Source: Octopus sinensis (lineage: Eukaryota). Taken from it: a DNA stretch of 64,000 bases. Shown piece by piece: positions 35,076 through 49,330 of this stretch. How positions within the stretch are numbered: position 1 is the first letter of the stretch; each line of letters opens with the position of its first letter. The stretch is taken from the NCBI RefSeq assembly GCF_006345805.1, contig NC_043011.1, positions 56,556,464-56,620,463 of the forward strand, written 5' to 3'. The translations under genes were made by a program, and so were the position numbers. A model generated the notes under the pieces. The model was not told the DNA's origin, searched no databases, and saw nothing but the letters and a program-made list of their open reading frames with translations.

Positions 35076-38000
35076 AATTCTATAAGTCAGGGAATCGGTA
35101 CTCTTGTATATTAGAGAATAGAGTGTGTATATTAATCAATGTATACAGTATTATAGATCCATTACCACCAGTCATACCAGTCAGTTTCACACTGGGGATT
35201 AAAACCAGATTTTAGGCAACAGCATGGTTAAGTAATACTGCATGCTCTTCAGAAATGGCAGGTATGGATAGACTTTTATGATGATATTGTAGGATATCTG
35301 TGAGAGGCTGGAGCTGGCCAATTTCAACATATAAACAGGTAAAATATTTTTGACCAGCTATGGCTGGTCTAAATGCTAATGGGTTAAAGGTGATAGAAAC
35401 AATATCATTGCAAAAATCATTTATTAGCACTTACTGTACATGAAATAGACAAAGTTAACATGGAAAAAGGATGAAAAAGAAGAAAAAACAACAAAAACCA
35501 ATGATATTTACTATCTCTGAAGAGCATATGGTGTTTCTTAACCATACTGTCAGCTAATATCCAGTTTTAGTACCCAGTGCAAAACTGATTGAGATGATCG
35601 GCTGTAATGGATCTATAATACTGTATACTTTGAATGATTTATGAATGTGTGAATGTGTATAGGTTTGTGTCTCCTTGTCTTGGTATTGAATCGTTAATGT
35701 TAATGAATGTCATTCGTTTTCCTTGATAGTATGAAATTTTCCTCGGAAACATGTCTTGCCAAGTGGGTGGGAGGAAATTACCTTATTTGGAAACAGGTAA
35801 GGGTTGGCTATGAGCAGAACATCAAGCTGTAGAAAATCTGCTTCAACAAATTTCATTTGACCTTTGCAAGCATGGAAAAGTGGATTTTAAAATGATAGTG
35901 ATGATGTTAGTGGTTGTGGTGGTGGGGCAGTGGTGGAGGTGGTGTTTGTACTGTTGGCTTTAAATTCCGCATTGAACAAAACCTTTTTACAAGGAAGTGA
36001 AGACAAGCCATCAAAGGAGCCTATGTATTGTCATTTGACCTTCTAAAAATAGCAGACAGATCACCCTCAAATTGCATCTTATATTGGATGTAGTCCTTGA
36101 TAAAAAAAAAGATGGGAAGGCCATGGCTGGATGGTCTTGGTCATATGTTTACTCAGTCAGGGTTGATCTAGGGATAAATAAACAAACTCCTGATATATGA
36201 AACAACAAAGATTGGTAGTTTGTTGTTGTGTGGTCAGATGACAAGGGGCTGTGATAAGAGGGGAGACATTGTCCGGGACAGATTCCTCCAACCCATCACC
36301 ATGATGACGATGTCTACTTTTTGATGCTCGCAAGGTTCACAGGGAATTCATTGAGGTAGATTTTCTGCAGCTGGATGCCTTTCCTGTTGCCAACTCTAAT
36401 CTCTTTCCAAGCAAAATGATGTTTCCCTATGGCCAGACATGTTTTTCATGGAAGACTGGAAACAAACCACATTGCTTGTATGAAGGTGATGCTTGTTTAC
36501 AATCAGTACTTGATGTCACGACAAACAAACAAGCAAACATACACGTATGCATAAATATAAACATGGATGATGGGATTCTTTTAGTTTCCATCTACCAAAT
36601 CCACTTCCAAAGCATAGTTGCCATAGAGTAGGATCGAACCCTGAGCCATGTGGTTGGGAGGCAGCACCTTATAGCCTCACCTGTATATAGCATTTATGAT
36701 ATGTTTGCAAATGTGGAACAGCACTAATGGCAATATTTTGTTTGAGAGAAACTTCTCAAAGAGATTTGATTGAGAAAGACTTCAGTGCATCTGTAGAAAC
36801 TGTTAGGAAAGCAGCTAAGAAGATCCAAAATGTGTAAAGGGGGAGATTTGAGGCCCTGGTTTTGACAAAATATATGCAACCTGATATTTCTAAATTACCA
36901 AAATCTCACCAAACACAGTCATTAGTTATTTTTCAAATAATTAAACTTTGTTTTGGCAATTTAATGATTTGTTGAATATTTTGAATTGTTTTACATTTTC
37001 AAATTTTATTTTAAAGGGAGCCAAATTCTGATATATGTGTTTTATTTGTTAATTCTCATAATTAAACTAAAATTATTTTATTTAAAATTTGAATTACAAT
37101 GTTGCTTTTTGTTCTAAATTTTTTCCAGTTATTTGCACAAATAATATAAATCAAAATATATTTTCATTGTAAAATTCTTCACCGTTTTTTGTAGAAGTTT
37201 CCATAAAAATTTAATATAGTCAGCAATAATCCATACAAATTTCTTTATAAAAGGTAAAAAAAAAGCCGTCTGCTGGATTAGATAATATAAGACAATATGA
37301 CTAATAAATGACTCAGCAAAATTTGGTTCTACTTGATGAAAATAATCTGATGTCCTTTGGGACATATTGTTCTTCAAAATATGGGCAAAGTGGGGTGGGG
37401 TACAGCAAAAGGTTGAGGAATCCCTAGTGTAGAGGCTACTTCACTGGATCATAAGTATGTTGATACTGTTAGCATTTAATCGTAGATCATCTCTGACTGA
37501 GCAGACACTGGATCAAAAGGATATCCTGGCCCTGATTACCACTCCCTTGTGTTTTTCAATTTGTGTATCCAAGACAACACTTCCTAATGTGTCCTTCCAT
37601 TTTAGGGAGATTTGGCCACCATTTCTGGCAGGATGTCTGATCACATAGGGGTTCTCTCATTGGCTTGTTCCTTCAGACAACAGGATCTCTGTGAAATTGT
37701 ATGACACAAATCTGACCCTATAAATTACACATACAGTTTATTCAACAGGCTTCCATTCAGTCTCCCTGTATTCAGTAGGTTTGAGTTGACCCAACTTTAG
37801 TGAGAGCAATGTACAACTTATTATTTGCAAACATTGCAGGGATCTTCAGATGTTGCGCCTCACAAAGGGGATGACCAGGAATCAAGATTCCTGGCGGTTT
37901 TCTGTGCTTGAGAAGACAAATCAAGCTAAGTAAAATCGTGGTTGTCTTTCCATACAGCCCTGTCCCCTGCATCCTTCACCAGCTGGGCATTCCTAATCTT

Positions 38001-38838
38001 GCGGGTTTGTGGGGGCTGGTGCCCCACATAAATAGCATCTGTACCAGTGCTGTGTAAAATCACCCATGCCAGTGGTGTGTGAAGGCAGCCAGCACATTCT
38101 CTGTAAAGTGGTTGGTGTCAGGAAGAGCATCCAGCCATAGAAACCATGTCAAAATGGACATGGGGCTTGGTCAGCTCTGGTCAAACCGTCAAACCCATAC
38201 CAGCATGGAAAATGGACATTAAATGATGATGATGATGACGACGACGATGACTATAGTAAGGAGATAAAGGCCACATTTGGGAAGCTTTGCTCTGCAGATC
38301 AGATAGGAAAGGGATGCCACCTTAGAAGGAATGGAAGATTTGTATTGGATGGTTGCAGGTTGATATGGGAAATCAAAAGAAATGTCCAGTGATTTTTACC
38401 TGTTTTATGAAAGTGATGGAAGCAGATTTCTTTAAAGTGACCATAACAAATGAATGAGCCGACTGTCTTTCTGAAATGATGAAAGGGAAGGAACTGGGGT
38501 GGACAAATGGCACCGGACAGTCTGGAAGATTTGTGTGGTGGGCGGGGAGAGGGGGGACAAAGAGGGAAAGGAAGAAGACAAGAAAGAAAACGTGAGAAAA
38601 AGTAAGCGAGAAAGACAGACAGAAAAAGAGAAAAATGTAAGAAAAAGTGAGAGAGAGAGAGAGAGAGAGAAAGTGAAAGAGATAGAAAAGAGAGAAGGAT
38701 AGAAGGAAAGGGAAATTGAGAGAGGAAGAGAGAAGTAAGAAAGACTAAAGAAGCAAAGGAGAGAAGGAAGGAAAAGAGAGAGAAAGAGAGTATGAAGATA
38801 TAAAAAGAAGGAAAGGTTGACATAGAGAGTGAGAGAGA

Positions 38839-38873
<35 letters not shown>

Positions 38874-39226
38874 TTCTGGAGGCAGATGAGTTGCTGGCCG
38901 AGATTGATTGATGAGATTTCTTGTTTTTTTTTTTTTTGAATGAATGAAGTAACTCATGGAAGGTAAAAAAAAAAAAGGAAAAACCTGATATATTTTTGTA
39001 AGTTTTCTGAACAGGTATTTATGAATCTGAATTCATTTTCCTTCTTTCTTTTTGTTGTAAGTTACTTTTTTTTTTTTTTAATAGGAAATTTCTTCGTTTC
39101 AACAATGGTAGCTTAATAAGTTAACTAAAATGTTTTTAACGAAGGTTTTGGGGAATGAAAACGGGGAGATAGGAGAGACATGGAGACACAGAAAATACTG
39201 TTGTTGTATTTGCACATGTGTATATT

Positions 39227-39261
<35 letters not shown>

Positions 39262-39649
39262 ACAAAGAGAGAGAGAGTGAGAAGCAGAGAGAGGGGAAAT
39301 GAGAAATGGATGTTATGAGCCAAAGCAAAAGTTGTGTACAGCAGATTTCACAGTCCTTGTTATAAGAAAGGTTCAAGGTTGCAAGTTGGCAGACTTGTTT
39401 GCATGTTGGGAAAAACTGCTTGGCAGCATTTCTTTCAAGAAAATGTTCTGATTTCAAATTCTACCAAAGTCAATGACTTTGCCTTTAGTCCTTTTGGGGG
39501 TTGATAAACTTAGTTCCAGTCAAGTACTGGGGGGGGGGGGTCGATGTAATCAACTTACCTCCTCCCCTGAAATTGGTGGCCTTGTGCCAAAATTTGAAAC
39601 CTTTATTATGTGAAAGTCTTACACCCATAAATAAACATTTTCTTCATCA

Positions 39650-39990
39650 TCATCATCATCATCGTTTAACGTCCGTTCTCCATGCTAGCATGGGTTGGAC
39701 GGTTCGACCGGGGATCTGGGAAGCCAGAAGGCTGCACCAGGCTCTAGTCTTATCTGGCAATGTTTCTACAGCTGGATGCCCTTCCTAACACCAACCACTC
39801 CGTGAGTGTAGTGGGTGCTTTTTACGTGCCACCTGCACAGGTGCCAGGAGAGGCTGGCAACGGTCACGGTCGGATTGGTGCATTTTACGTGCCACCGGCA
39901 CGGAAGCCAGTCGAGGCGGCACTGGCATCGGCCACAAGTCTGATAGTGCTTTCTACGTACCACCAGTCCAGGGGTCCTGGCTGGTTCAAT
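39650..39990 (-). mobile_element. RTE 3'-tail repeat
   Basis: Starts at (CAT)n; reverse complement of the family at 15824-16228. Confidence 0.85.
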
Positions 39991-40144
39991 TCGATTTCGA
40001 TTCTTATATTATGTATATACATATGAGCCAACCAATAAATTCTGAGTGTAGATGAAAACTGCAGGAAGCCTGTCGTGATATGTATGTTTGTTTGTTTGTC
40101 TGTCCTGTTCATAAAGTCAAATGCATAATGTGTGTACCTATAAA

Positions 40145-40186
<42 letters not shown>

Positions 40187-41504
40187 TTTGTTTAAATTAA
40201 AGTGAGAGATGGAATGTAGAAAACAAGAGAATCCTTATTGGTCATTACAATTGTTTGAACTCATCTAGCATCGATCCCTTGTGGATGGGATTCTGAACAT
40301 CTGGTTTAGGTGTATCCCTCAGTGTAGATGTGTCTCCTCAGGTGATTTGAATAGGTATCTCCTTAAAATTTCTGTTTCACAAGATTTCTTCTTGCACTTC
40401 ATATATACAAATGGCAAATTAATATCTAATATGTTTTTTCACTTTGTTGTGTATTTGTTTCTTTTTGTATCTGCTCTTTGTTATTGATCTTCTATAAGAA
40501 TGAAGCAGTATCCCTTAATTTGCCATTTCTAACTTTGAAGACAAAGAAAAAATCATACAGTAACAAGTTGTATGAAACAGAGTTTATTTTAATGAGAATA
40601 CCTCTTGAAATCACCTGTGGAGAAACATCTACACCTAAACCAGTTGTGCAGAAACCCAACCATTGAGGGATGCTAAGATGGGTTGAAACAGTTGTAGTGA
40701 TCAATGAAGATTCTTGTATTTTGCATATTCCATCTCACATTAATCAAATACCATTGAACACTGGGACAGTGTATGTGATTTACTGGCAAACTATCAGATC
40801 TATACCATGTGATTTATTAGCTAATAATATAAGTGTATATATGATCAAGCAGATTCCAATTTCTGTATGTATGCATGTCTATGGATATAATTTTGAAATG
40901 TCTACAGAAAAATTATCTTACATAATTATTCACAATGTGTGTATTAAATGCCTTCAAAATATCATCTTTTAGTTTTGTGATTCTTGTGTGTGTGTGTGTG
41001 TATGTGTTGATAAAATTAAATGTTATATTGTCACAAGGTAGTACATGTTGACACATGAAAGATTTAATTTTATTAAGATATTCTTGGCCAGAAGAGTAGC
41101 CAGTGGCATATATATATATATATATATACATACAAACATACATATATATATATACGCATACACACAGAGAGTGCGGTAATTGTATAGAATACAATTATAA
41201 TTAAGGGCATGGAAGCTATCATGCCTATATGCTAGAAGTAGATGCCAAATACATCCAGCTACTCTAAGTTTCACTTCAATATACACAAGTTGAAAGCAGG
41301 AACAGTGGACCAACCAAAAATTCATAAAATAATTCAGATAGTTCAGGATTGATCAATTTCTGAATTAGTTTAATAACTGTTCCTTCATCAGCAGAACGTA
41401 ACGGACAAAATAAATGAAAATGTTTATACATATCCACAGAAAAGCATATGCAAAATGCGAATACATACAAATATTCACAAATATATATACATCGAATTTC
41501 ATAG

Positions 41505-41573
<69 letters not shown>

Positions 41574-41659
41574 ATATGTATGTATGTATGTATGTATGTG
41601 TGTGTGTGTATATGTATGTATGTATGTATATATATATATATATATCGTGGTTGTCTACT

Positions 41660-42220
41660 CATTAGGCAAAGTTTGCATAATACACCTTAGAACCATCATG
41701 GCATCTGATGTGGCTTTTTAAACTAGACAACATTTTGAAAAGATACCCACATAGATTGCATATCTGATTTCAACCACCAAGAGCAGCAGATAAGTTCTGA
41801 TCTTTGTGAATCTTAAAATGTCTTTTGAGGTCTCCATTAGATTTGCAAACCTTCTGGCACACACTGCATTCAAAGTCACTTAGGAAAAGATCTGTGGCCC
41901 TAAATATGGAAGTTTTGTGCCATCCTCCTTATTCTCCTGACCTTTCTTTGTCTGACCATCATCTTTTGAGATCATTGCAACATTATTTGGAGGAGAAAAT
42001 ATTTATTAATTGTGAAAAGGTTAAAAATCATGCTGAATGTTTCTTTGCTTTGAAATCTGAAGAATTTTATGCCTGAGGGATCAACAATTTTCCAGATATA
42101 TTAGGATTATGTTATCAATAATTAGAGGAAATATTACCTTGATTAAATATATCAATTAAGACCAAAGAAGCATTTGTTTTGCTTCCCATCTTGAAATACA
42201 AGTTTTGTGTTCCTATTTAA
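41660..42220 (+). mobile_element. mariner transposase 3' relic
   Basis: EVLCHPPYSPDLSLSDHHLLRSLQHYL...FFALKSEEFY matches the mariner C-terminus. Confidence 0.88.
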
Positions 42221-42979
42221 CACACACACATGCACACATATGTATGTATATATTTATTTACATATTTATATACATTATATACACACACATATACACCGAG
42301 TGAAATGCATGCACAAAGAGATAAGAAACATGTTAACAAAAACCTGACGGAGGCCTTGAAGCTGGCTGAGATGAATGAAAATCTTTGCTAATGATCACTT
42401 TGTAAAGGTAATAAATCGAAAAAACCTCCTCATACTCTGGTGATTACTTTGGTGAACTTGGGCAAGTTTTCAAATCAAATTATGTGTTGCTTAATGTTAA
42501 AACATTTTGAAAAACAAATATTGGAAGCAGACGAGTGAATTAGATTTTTTGACAGCTTAATTCTGTGTAATCAATACTGGCTACTTAATTTCATTTACCT
42601 TGGCTACTCTTATTGTGGAATTCAATTTGTGTATCTAACGTTCGCCTCTTCTCTTTATCTGATTCTGTTGTTTCTCAAGAAAACATCACTTGATGCATTT
42701 CATTTTGAAATGCTTTCTTTTCGCTCCCCCCCCTCTCCAATTCTGACTTTTATTTGACTTTCTGTCATTTGTCTTTTACAAAAATCAGCAAATTACAAAT
42801 TTCAAATAATGAGAAAAAAATGTGTCACTTTCTGTAATTTGGGAATTTTTTTCTTTAATATTTTTAATGAGTAAGAAACTTGATAATCTAAGTGAAAAAA
42901 CTTGTTTCTTACCTTCAGAATTTGAATGGAAACATTGTATGTTAAGAATATTGATAAGGAACTTATATTTTCTCTTCAG

Positions 42980-43121
42980 AGGCAGCTGTAAGGCGTCGCC
43001 TGGGATTACTTAAGCTTCACAGCATGAGCCATGTCTTTAAAGAACTCAAGAGATCAGCTGAAGATACTTATAAACCTATAAAAGACTGGATAGGGTCTCG
43101 ATTTCTGACACAAATAAAAAG
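42980..43121 (+). CDS. SPEF2: SPEF2 internal exon F (phase 1 to 2)
   Basis: cttcag|AG GCA...AAA AG|gtaagc; (E)AAVRRRLGLLKLHSMSHVFKELKRSAEDTYKPIKDWIGSRFLTQIK. Confidence 0.9.
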
Positions 43122-43286
43122 GTAAGCCATTTCATCTGTTCAAAATATTTTCCTGATTTTCTATTCTTATGTTCTCATTTTGTGATTTTCTGTTTAAAAT
43201 TTTACCCCCATATGAGATGCAGTTAAAAAGAATAATTGACTGAGAGCTAATTATTACTAAATTTAAAAAAAAATACTTTATTCTAG

Positions 43287-43386
43287 TATTGACCAAATGG
43301 CAGGATTGATGAAGAATGCAATTGAAAATGGTGATAAACTTGAGAAAGAACTTATACTCGATAATGGAGATTTTTATATCGATGAA
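43287..43386 (+). CDS. SPEF2: SPEF2 internal exon G (phase 2 to 0)
   Basis: ttctag|T ATT...GAT GAA|gtaagt; (S)IDQMAGLMKNAIENGDKLEKELILDNGDFYIDE; preceded by a 165-bp intron. Confidence 0.9.
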
Positions 43387-43599
43387 GTAAGTTAAATTGT
43401 TATTATATTCATCAGCCTCAAAATTTAATGTCCATTTTCCATGCTGACATGGGTTGAACGGTTTGACATGGAACCGACCGGCTGAGAGATACCTGGGTTC
43501 CAGTTTTCTGTTTTGGCAAGGTTTCTATGGCTGGATGCTTTTCATAATGCTAACCACTCTACAGAAGGTAATAGGTGCTTTTAAGCAGCACCAGCAAGT

Positions 43600-43988
43600 G
43601 GGGGTGCAATGGCCTAGTGGTTAGGGCAGTGGACTCGCGGTCAGGAGATCGCGATTTGAATTCCCAGACCGGGCGTTGTGTGTGTTTATTGAGCGAAAAC
43701 ACCTAAAGCTCCACGAGGCTCCGGCAGGGGGTGGCGGCGACCCCTGTTGTACTCTTTCGCTCCAACTCTCTCTCACTCTTTCTTCCTGTTTCTTGTCCCC
43801 GACTTCCTACGCAACTGCTGAGCCTGGATGTGCATTCATCCATCCGTCGATGCTCTTGGTGTCGGGGGTTGACCTGCTTTCTCTTCTGCGAGTCTTATGA
43901 ATAGCAAAGGACCACGTTTTGGACTTCTCCCATCTTGCGAGCTCTGGGACAAAGACTGCTTCGCTCAACAGTAACAGCAACAGCAGCA
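43600..43988 (+). mobile_element. tRNA-derived SINE, family B, tail type 3
   Basis: Head matches 14833; tail matches the minus-strand copy at 61051-61418; ends in (CAG/CAA)n; inserted within an RTE-tail relic. Confidence 0.9.
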
Positions 43989-44542
43989 CATGTGCTTTTA
44001 TGTGGTACCAGCGCCTATGGGCCCACAAAATTGGGATCAGACAGCTAAAGAGGGATCCAGGAGACATGCTTGTATGCAAGGACAACCACCGTTTTACTCA
44101 GCTCGATGTGTCTTCTCAAGAAGTCACCAGAAGTCTTGGTTCCTTGTCATCACTTCGGTGAGGCCCAACATTTGAAGATCCTTTCTCACCACTTTGTCCC
44201 ACGTCCTTCTGGGTCTACTCCTTCAACACGTTGCCTCCACCATTAGAGACTGGCATTTCTAGTCTTCTGTGAAGAATATGCCTGGCCTTGGAGAAATATT
44301 CCCTTGCTTGCAAACAGGTGAGGGTTGGGGCCAGGAAAAGCATTCAGTCATAGAAAGTCTACCTGACATTCTCAAGCATGGAAAAGTGGACATTAAATAA
44401 TAATGATGATGATGATGATGACAACGACCATCATCATCATCATCACCATATTTTATTTTCGTCAATGTCCAAGGAATCTATATAATAATCTACTTGTTTG
44501 TTCACTCATTATATATTAGTTAGGTAGAGAGGTGGAGGTGGA

Positions 44543-44760
44543 AGGCAGGGGGAGCTGGCAGAAACGTTAGCACGCCGGGCGAAATGCGTAGCCGTATTTC
44601 ATCTGCTGCTACGTTCTGAGTCCAAATTCTGCCAAGGTCGGCTTTGCCTTTCTTCATTTTGGTGGGGTTGATAAATTAAGTACCAGTTGTGTACTAGGGT
44701 TGATCTAATTGACTGGTCCCCACCCCAAAAATTTTGGGCCTTGTATCTAGAGTAGAAAAG
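44543..44760 (+). mobile_element. tRNA-derived SINE, family A, alternative tail
   Basis: gagctggcagaaacgttagcacgccgggcgaaatg...ctagagtagaaaag. Confidence 0.88.
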
Positions 44761-45309
44761 AGAGAGAGAGAGGACGAGTGAAGAAAGAAGAGAGGAAGAA
44801 GTAGAGAAAGATGATAAATATTAAAACACTTGGGCCAAATGGTCACATGACCAGCTGAAGGTGGAGGTGAAGAAGAAGAGAAAAAGAAGAGAGAGAAGTG
44901 TTAAGGAGATGCAGTAGGGTGGGGGGAAGCAGTACTTATTAACATGGTTAAAAAGTTAGCTGAAGGGAAAGATAGATAGAGAGAGATGGACAGGGGAAGC
45001 AGTGATATTGAGAGAGAGAGAGAGAGGCAGGTAGCGGTGGTGGTTGTGGTGGTGTGTTGATAGTGAAAAGGTTTGTTTTTTTATTGAACTATTTTTGTTT
45101 TATTTATAGTGACCATCACTATAAAAATGCAATTATTTATTTTCTGCTCATTAAAAGAAATTGATATTTGTTTATAAAGGTTAATTTAGCTTAAACTCTG
45201 GATTCACGAGAAACCCAATTGCAAGCTGCCCGAGGAAGGATGTGCAGATATAGAGCACGGATCAGAGAGGAACAGCAAGAAGATATAATAAAAAGAGGGA
45301 AAAAACAAC

Positions 45310-45880
45310 ACTGAGGAATTACAACCGTGTTTCGTGGTCTGCTACCACAACAGCTCCTTTATAGGATCCAGTTAGCTCAAGACATCATCAGGAGGAACCA
45401 CGTCCGGTTTCGGCCCCTACTCCTCTACCGTTTTGACGTGGCGGGGCCCCCCCTTTCGGAGGTGTCTTCAGCTCTGGTGTTAGGTGCATGTCTTCTTTCT
45501 TCTGTTCCCTAACCTCTTCGATGTATCGTCAGCGAGTGTCAGCCAGTGACTGACTGACTTGTCAAATTTTTCCCTTTAAATACCTGCCGCTAGGCTCCAG
45601 CAGGAAGCCCCAGCAAGTTGTCACGTGACACTGTCGCACCTTAACTGACTAGTGAAGGCGCGTAGTTTTAGCCCGCACTTTTTCTAAACGACCGTCACCT
45701 GTCAGTCAGTGAAGCTGATTCAGTCAGCTAGTCTCACCTAATGATGTTATTTCCCGTCAGCGTGTTTATAACTTTCAAGCCATTTTCAGTCTTCCCGCTT
45801 CAGCTATATATAGAAGCTGGCTTTTTCGACCGCCTCCTGTACTCTCCTTATTAGTTTACGCAGCTCGGGGCTAGAAAAAA
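45310..45880 (-). mobile_element. CpG-rich unclassified element, possibly Penelope-like
   Basis: Clearly more GC/CpG-rich than the flanks; minus strand has CTGATGA...CGAAAC at 45320-45391; no coding match recognised. Confidence 0.35.
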
Positions 45881-46170
45881 CAAATCTTCTTTTGAAAAGC
45901 GTTGTCATTTTCTTTTCAATGAAGCCTCAAGCCCCCACTGCCAGGAGACGGGAGGAAATGAATGTAGACAAACGTGAAGAATATTTTAAAAAGGCTAAAC
46001 TATGAAGGCTATGGAAATGCAAATCATCTTTTCTTTCTCAAACAGGTCCTGTTAATTTTTTTGCATTTCATAGAATTTCCATGAGTCCTGCTAGTATTAT
46101 ATAACTTCCTTATAGGTTTCTCTATTGTGAAATAATAAATGATAATTGGATCGTTATTGATTATTGCCAG

Positions 46171-46275
46171 GAATATCTGACACTGAAGCAGACCACTCCA
46201 GCGCCAACCCCAGAATTTACAGAATACCATAACAATCAAATGACGTGTGTTCAATTATCAGCATTCTTGACACAG
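46171..46275 (+). CDS. SPEF2: SPEF2 internal exon H (phase 0 to 0)
   Basis: tgccag|GAA TAT...ACA CAG|gtgagt; EYLTLKQTTPAPTPEFTEYHNNQMTCVQLSAFLTQ; fills the gap between exons G and I with correct phase; low similarity; not in the ORF track. Confidence 0.78.
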
Positions 46276-46379
46276 GTGAGTCCAGGTGGAGTGTTCGTCT
46301 CATGTCTCGAGAAGAATTTTCCTTTTTCTTTTTAATTATATCTTTAGATTTTTCATGAGAACGGTTTACAGGATGAGGG

Positions 46380-46421
<42 letters not shown>

Positions 46422-49330
46422 GAATTGTAGAGAGTGGTGTGCATTGAGTCAGTGATGGATTTTGTAAAGAGAAATGGGATGAAACCGTTGAGCTGTGCCC
46501 TAAGGAAAGATGAAGGTGAGTGGTTGAGGGGAAATGAATGGGGAAGACTAAGAAGGGTAACAGAAGAGGAAAGAAGGGTAAGGAGCTTGATGAAGGGATA
46601 TAGGGAGGATGGGAGGAAATAGAGGAGGCTGTCATAGCACCCTGATCCCCACTTTAGCAGGGAAAATAGGGTTTAAAAACACTTGTATTTCATATAGTAT
46701 AATTATTCTGGTGATGTCTAACTTTTGCATGTCTAGAATAATCACAGAACTTGTTCCATTCATAATGTGTTAGAGTAACAGGAAATTCCTCTACAGATAT
46801 GGCTTTTATTTCTGGAACTGCTTCATTTGATGATAGTGGTGATTGTTGTTGCTGTGGTGGTGGCGGCAGCGGCAGTGGCATGTGTAGGATAGGCTATCAC
46901 AGTTTAAGTCATTACTTATTTGGAGTAATTACTTATTTGCTGTCCTTGATAAGTCAGAGAATCTCATGTCCGACCTGCACACTCCAGTGTTTGACAGGGT
47001 TTCTTCAGCCGGGCATATTTTAGGGAATAAATTATTGAGAGATGTTACCAGCACAAAAAGCAGTAGTTAACTCAGTGTTAGCATAATTAATGCAACAAGC
47101 AATGAAACAGCAACGAGAAATAAATTATACTGTGAGGAGAAGTCAATCTTAGTCAATGACTAATGTTAATTTAATCCTTTTGGCAAACATGGGAGACAAC
47201 TGTAGACATGTTTCAGTCTTTTTAAATACAACCAGTGATCACTCACAAGCAGGGACCATGTTCCATGCTTTTGCTAAGTGCTTTAGGTGCCTGTGTAATC
47301 TCGAGAGGTTATAGGGCACTCTCTCAGTACCCCTCTGCATCCTTGAGGTGGGGTAGGGTGCCGAGGAGGAGAAAGAGCTGCACCAACATCATCCAGATGG
47401 TAGCCATTTATTACTGAGTCATATGAAATGAAGTGTCTTGCTCAAGGACCGGTCCAGGAATTGAGCATAGAACTTAATTCTCATGAGCCAGACACCTGAA
47501 GCAATCAGCTACATGATGACTTCTTATTAGACTCCGTTAAGAAAGCATAAGCTTCACTGTCTTTGCTGAAATAATCACCCGAGAAATTTAAAATATTTCA
47601 TACTGATGGCTTTGTTGAATAATTATTTTGAATAATTTATTCTCTAGATGCTACCAATATATCAAGTATATGAGTCCATGTTGACTCTTATACAATATTG
47701 TACATTTACTTAACAATTTTCACATCATTACTCTGGTGAAATCTGTTTCACTGAAAAGACCTAATAAGACTGAAACATAACTGGAATTGTCTACCATACT
47801 TGGAATTATTAAAATAATATTAATCATTGACTAATATTATTGTTTTCTCATTCAGTAATTATTTCTGAATCATCTTTTAATGTTCGTTATCATTGAATGA
47901 ATTTATTTGTTTTTTATGGAGAAAGCTTCTCAGAATAATTTCTCCTTTAAAGCATGAATCTTTTTTTCCATAACCATACATCTCTAACACCAACCAGTTC
48001 TCATATTTCCCATCAAAAATCATTATCAGCTGGAAAAAAAATTCTTTCTTTTTTATTAGCATCTCTTTCATCTTCAACAAAGCACCATTTCCTTCTCCAC
48101 TGAGTCAGCACCTAATACCATTTCTGGCCCCCTCCTGCTCTTTGACCTTACTTCTTTACCAAACCGCAGATCACTGCCATTCAAACTCCACCTCTTAATC
48201 TCTTCAGTTGTCAAGTTCATTACAATATTCATTCTGATAAATTCAAAAACCCAGATGGCACTGCAGTTAATTGCTCCAAACAATATTTTCCAAAAATATC
48301 TTTTTATCTTAACCCTCACTTCACTGATTAAATTTTTACTGATGATCTAATATGCAAATCAGTTCTTGTGACTTCTTTCTATTGGCCAGTAAAGATAAAA
48401 TATGCGTACTGCATCATAGGAAATGTGGAAAATTCTAGAAGGTATCTTGTTACCAAAAATGAGTTAACTTGGTCCCTGCATCTCAAATGCACAGATCCAA
48501 GTGCCTTGGTTGTTGTGCAGTAAGGGTTAGGTATGAAAGTATGCATAAACATTCACCTGGGTCTCATTAACAGGTGGTCTTCAAACAGATCCTTTTAATT
48601 AGTGTTCTGTCATCCTTAATGTTAGTTTTTCCAAAGTGATTAGAAACAGTCGTTAAAAATCCTGTGTAATTAGTGATCAAAAGAAGTCCTTTGTTACTGA
48701 TGAGTAATGGCCTTCCTCTTCATCTATAAAAACAGAAGAAAAAGAAGTTTTAAAATGAACATTGATATATTCATGGAGTGTAAAAGATTATTTGTTTGGT
48801 GCAGGTGTTGCTGTGTAGGGACTGCAGCTTCTGCAGTAGAGCTTGCCTTTATTGCAGGAGGTGCATGGTGCAGTGGGTTCGGATATTTGGCTTACAATTG
48901 CAAGGGCATGAGTTCAATTCCTGGCAATGCCTTGTGGCCTTGGTTTCATGTTGCTCCAGTCTCCCCTCAGCTGACAGAAATGAGTTGTACCAGTAATTCA
49001 AAGGGCCAGCCTTGTCACATTCTGTGTCGCACTGAAGAACCACACTGAGGGTACGTGTGACTGTGGAGCACTCAGCCACTTGCAGATTAATTTTTTGACC
49101 AGGCTGTTCTGTTGATTGGCACAAAACTGGAATACTTGTCATCCAAAAGAATGCCAAAAACTTTGTCTGTGGAAGCTTGAAATATTTTAGTCTTTAAAAA
49201 GCCAAATAACTTTCTTACTTTTTCTCTTGTCTTTGGTTTTGAGACATGGCTCAGTGTAGAAACTCTTTTTCCCATTCTGTGTGGTGTCATTTAACTATTG
49301 TTGAAGTTGAATAACTTGTTTTGCTTCCAG

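Noticed and set aside
48697-48712. ctgatgag as a possible hammerhead core
   Set aside because: No stem II or GAAA follows
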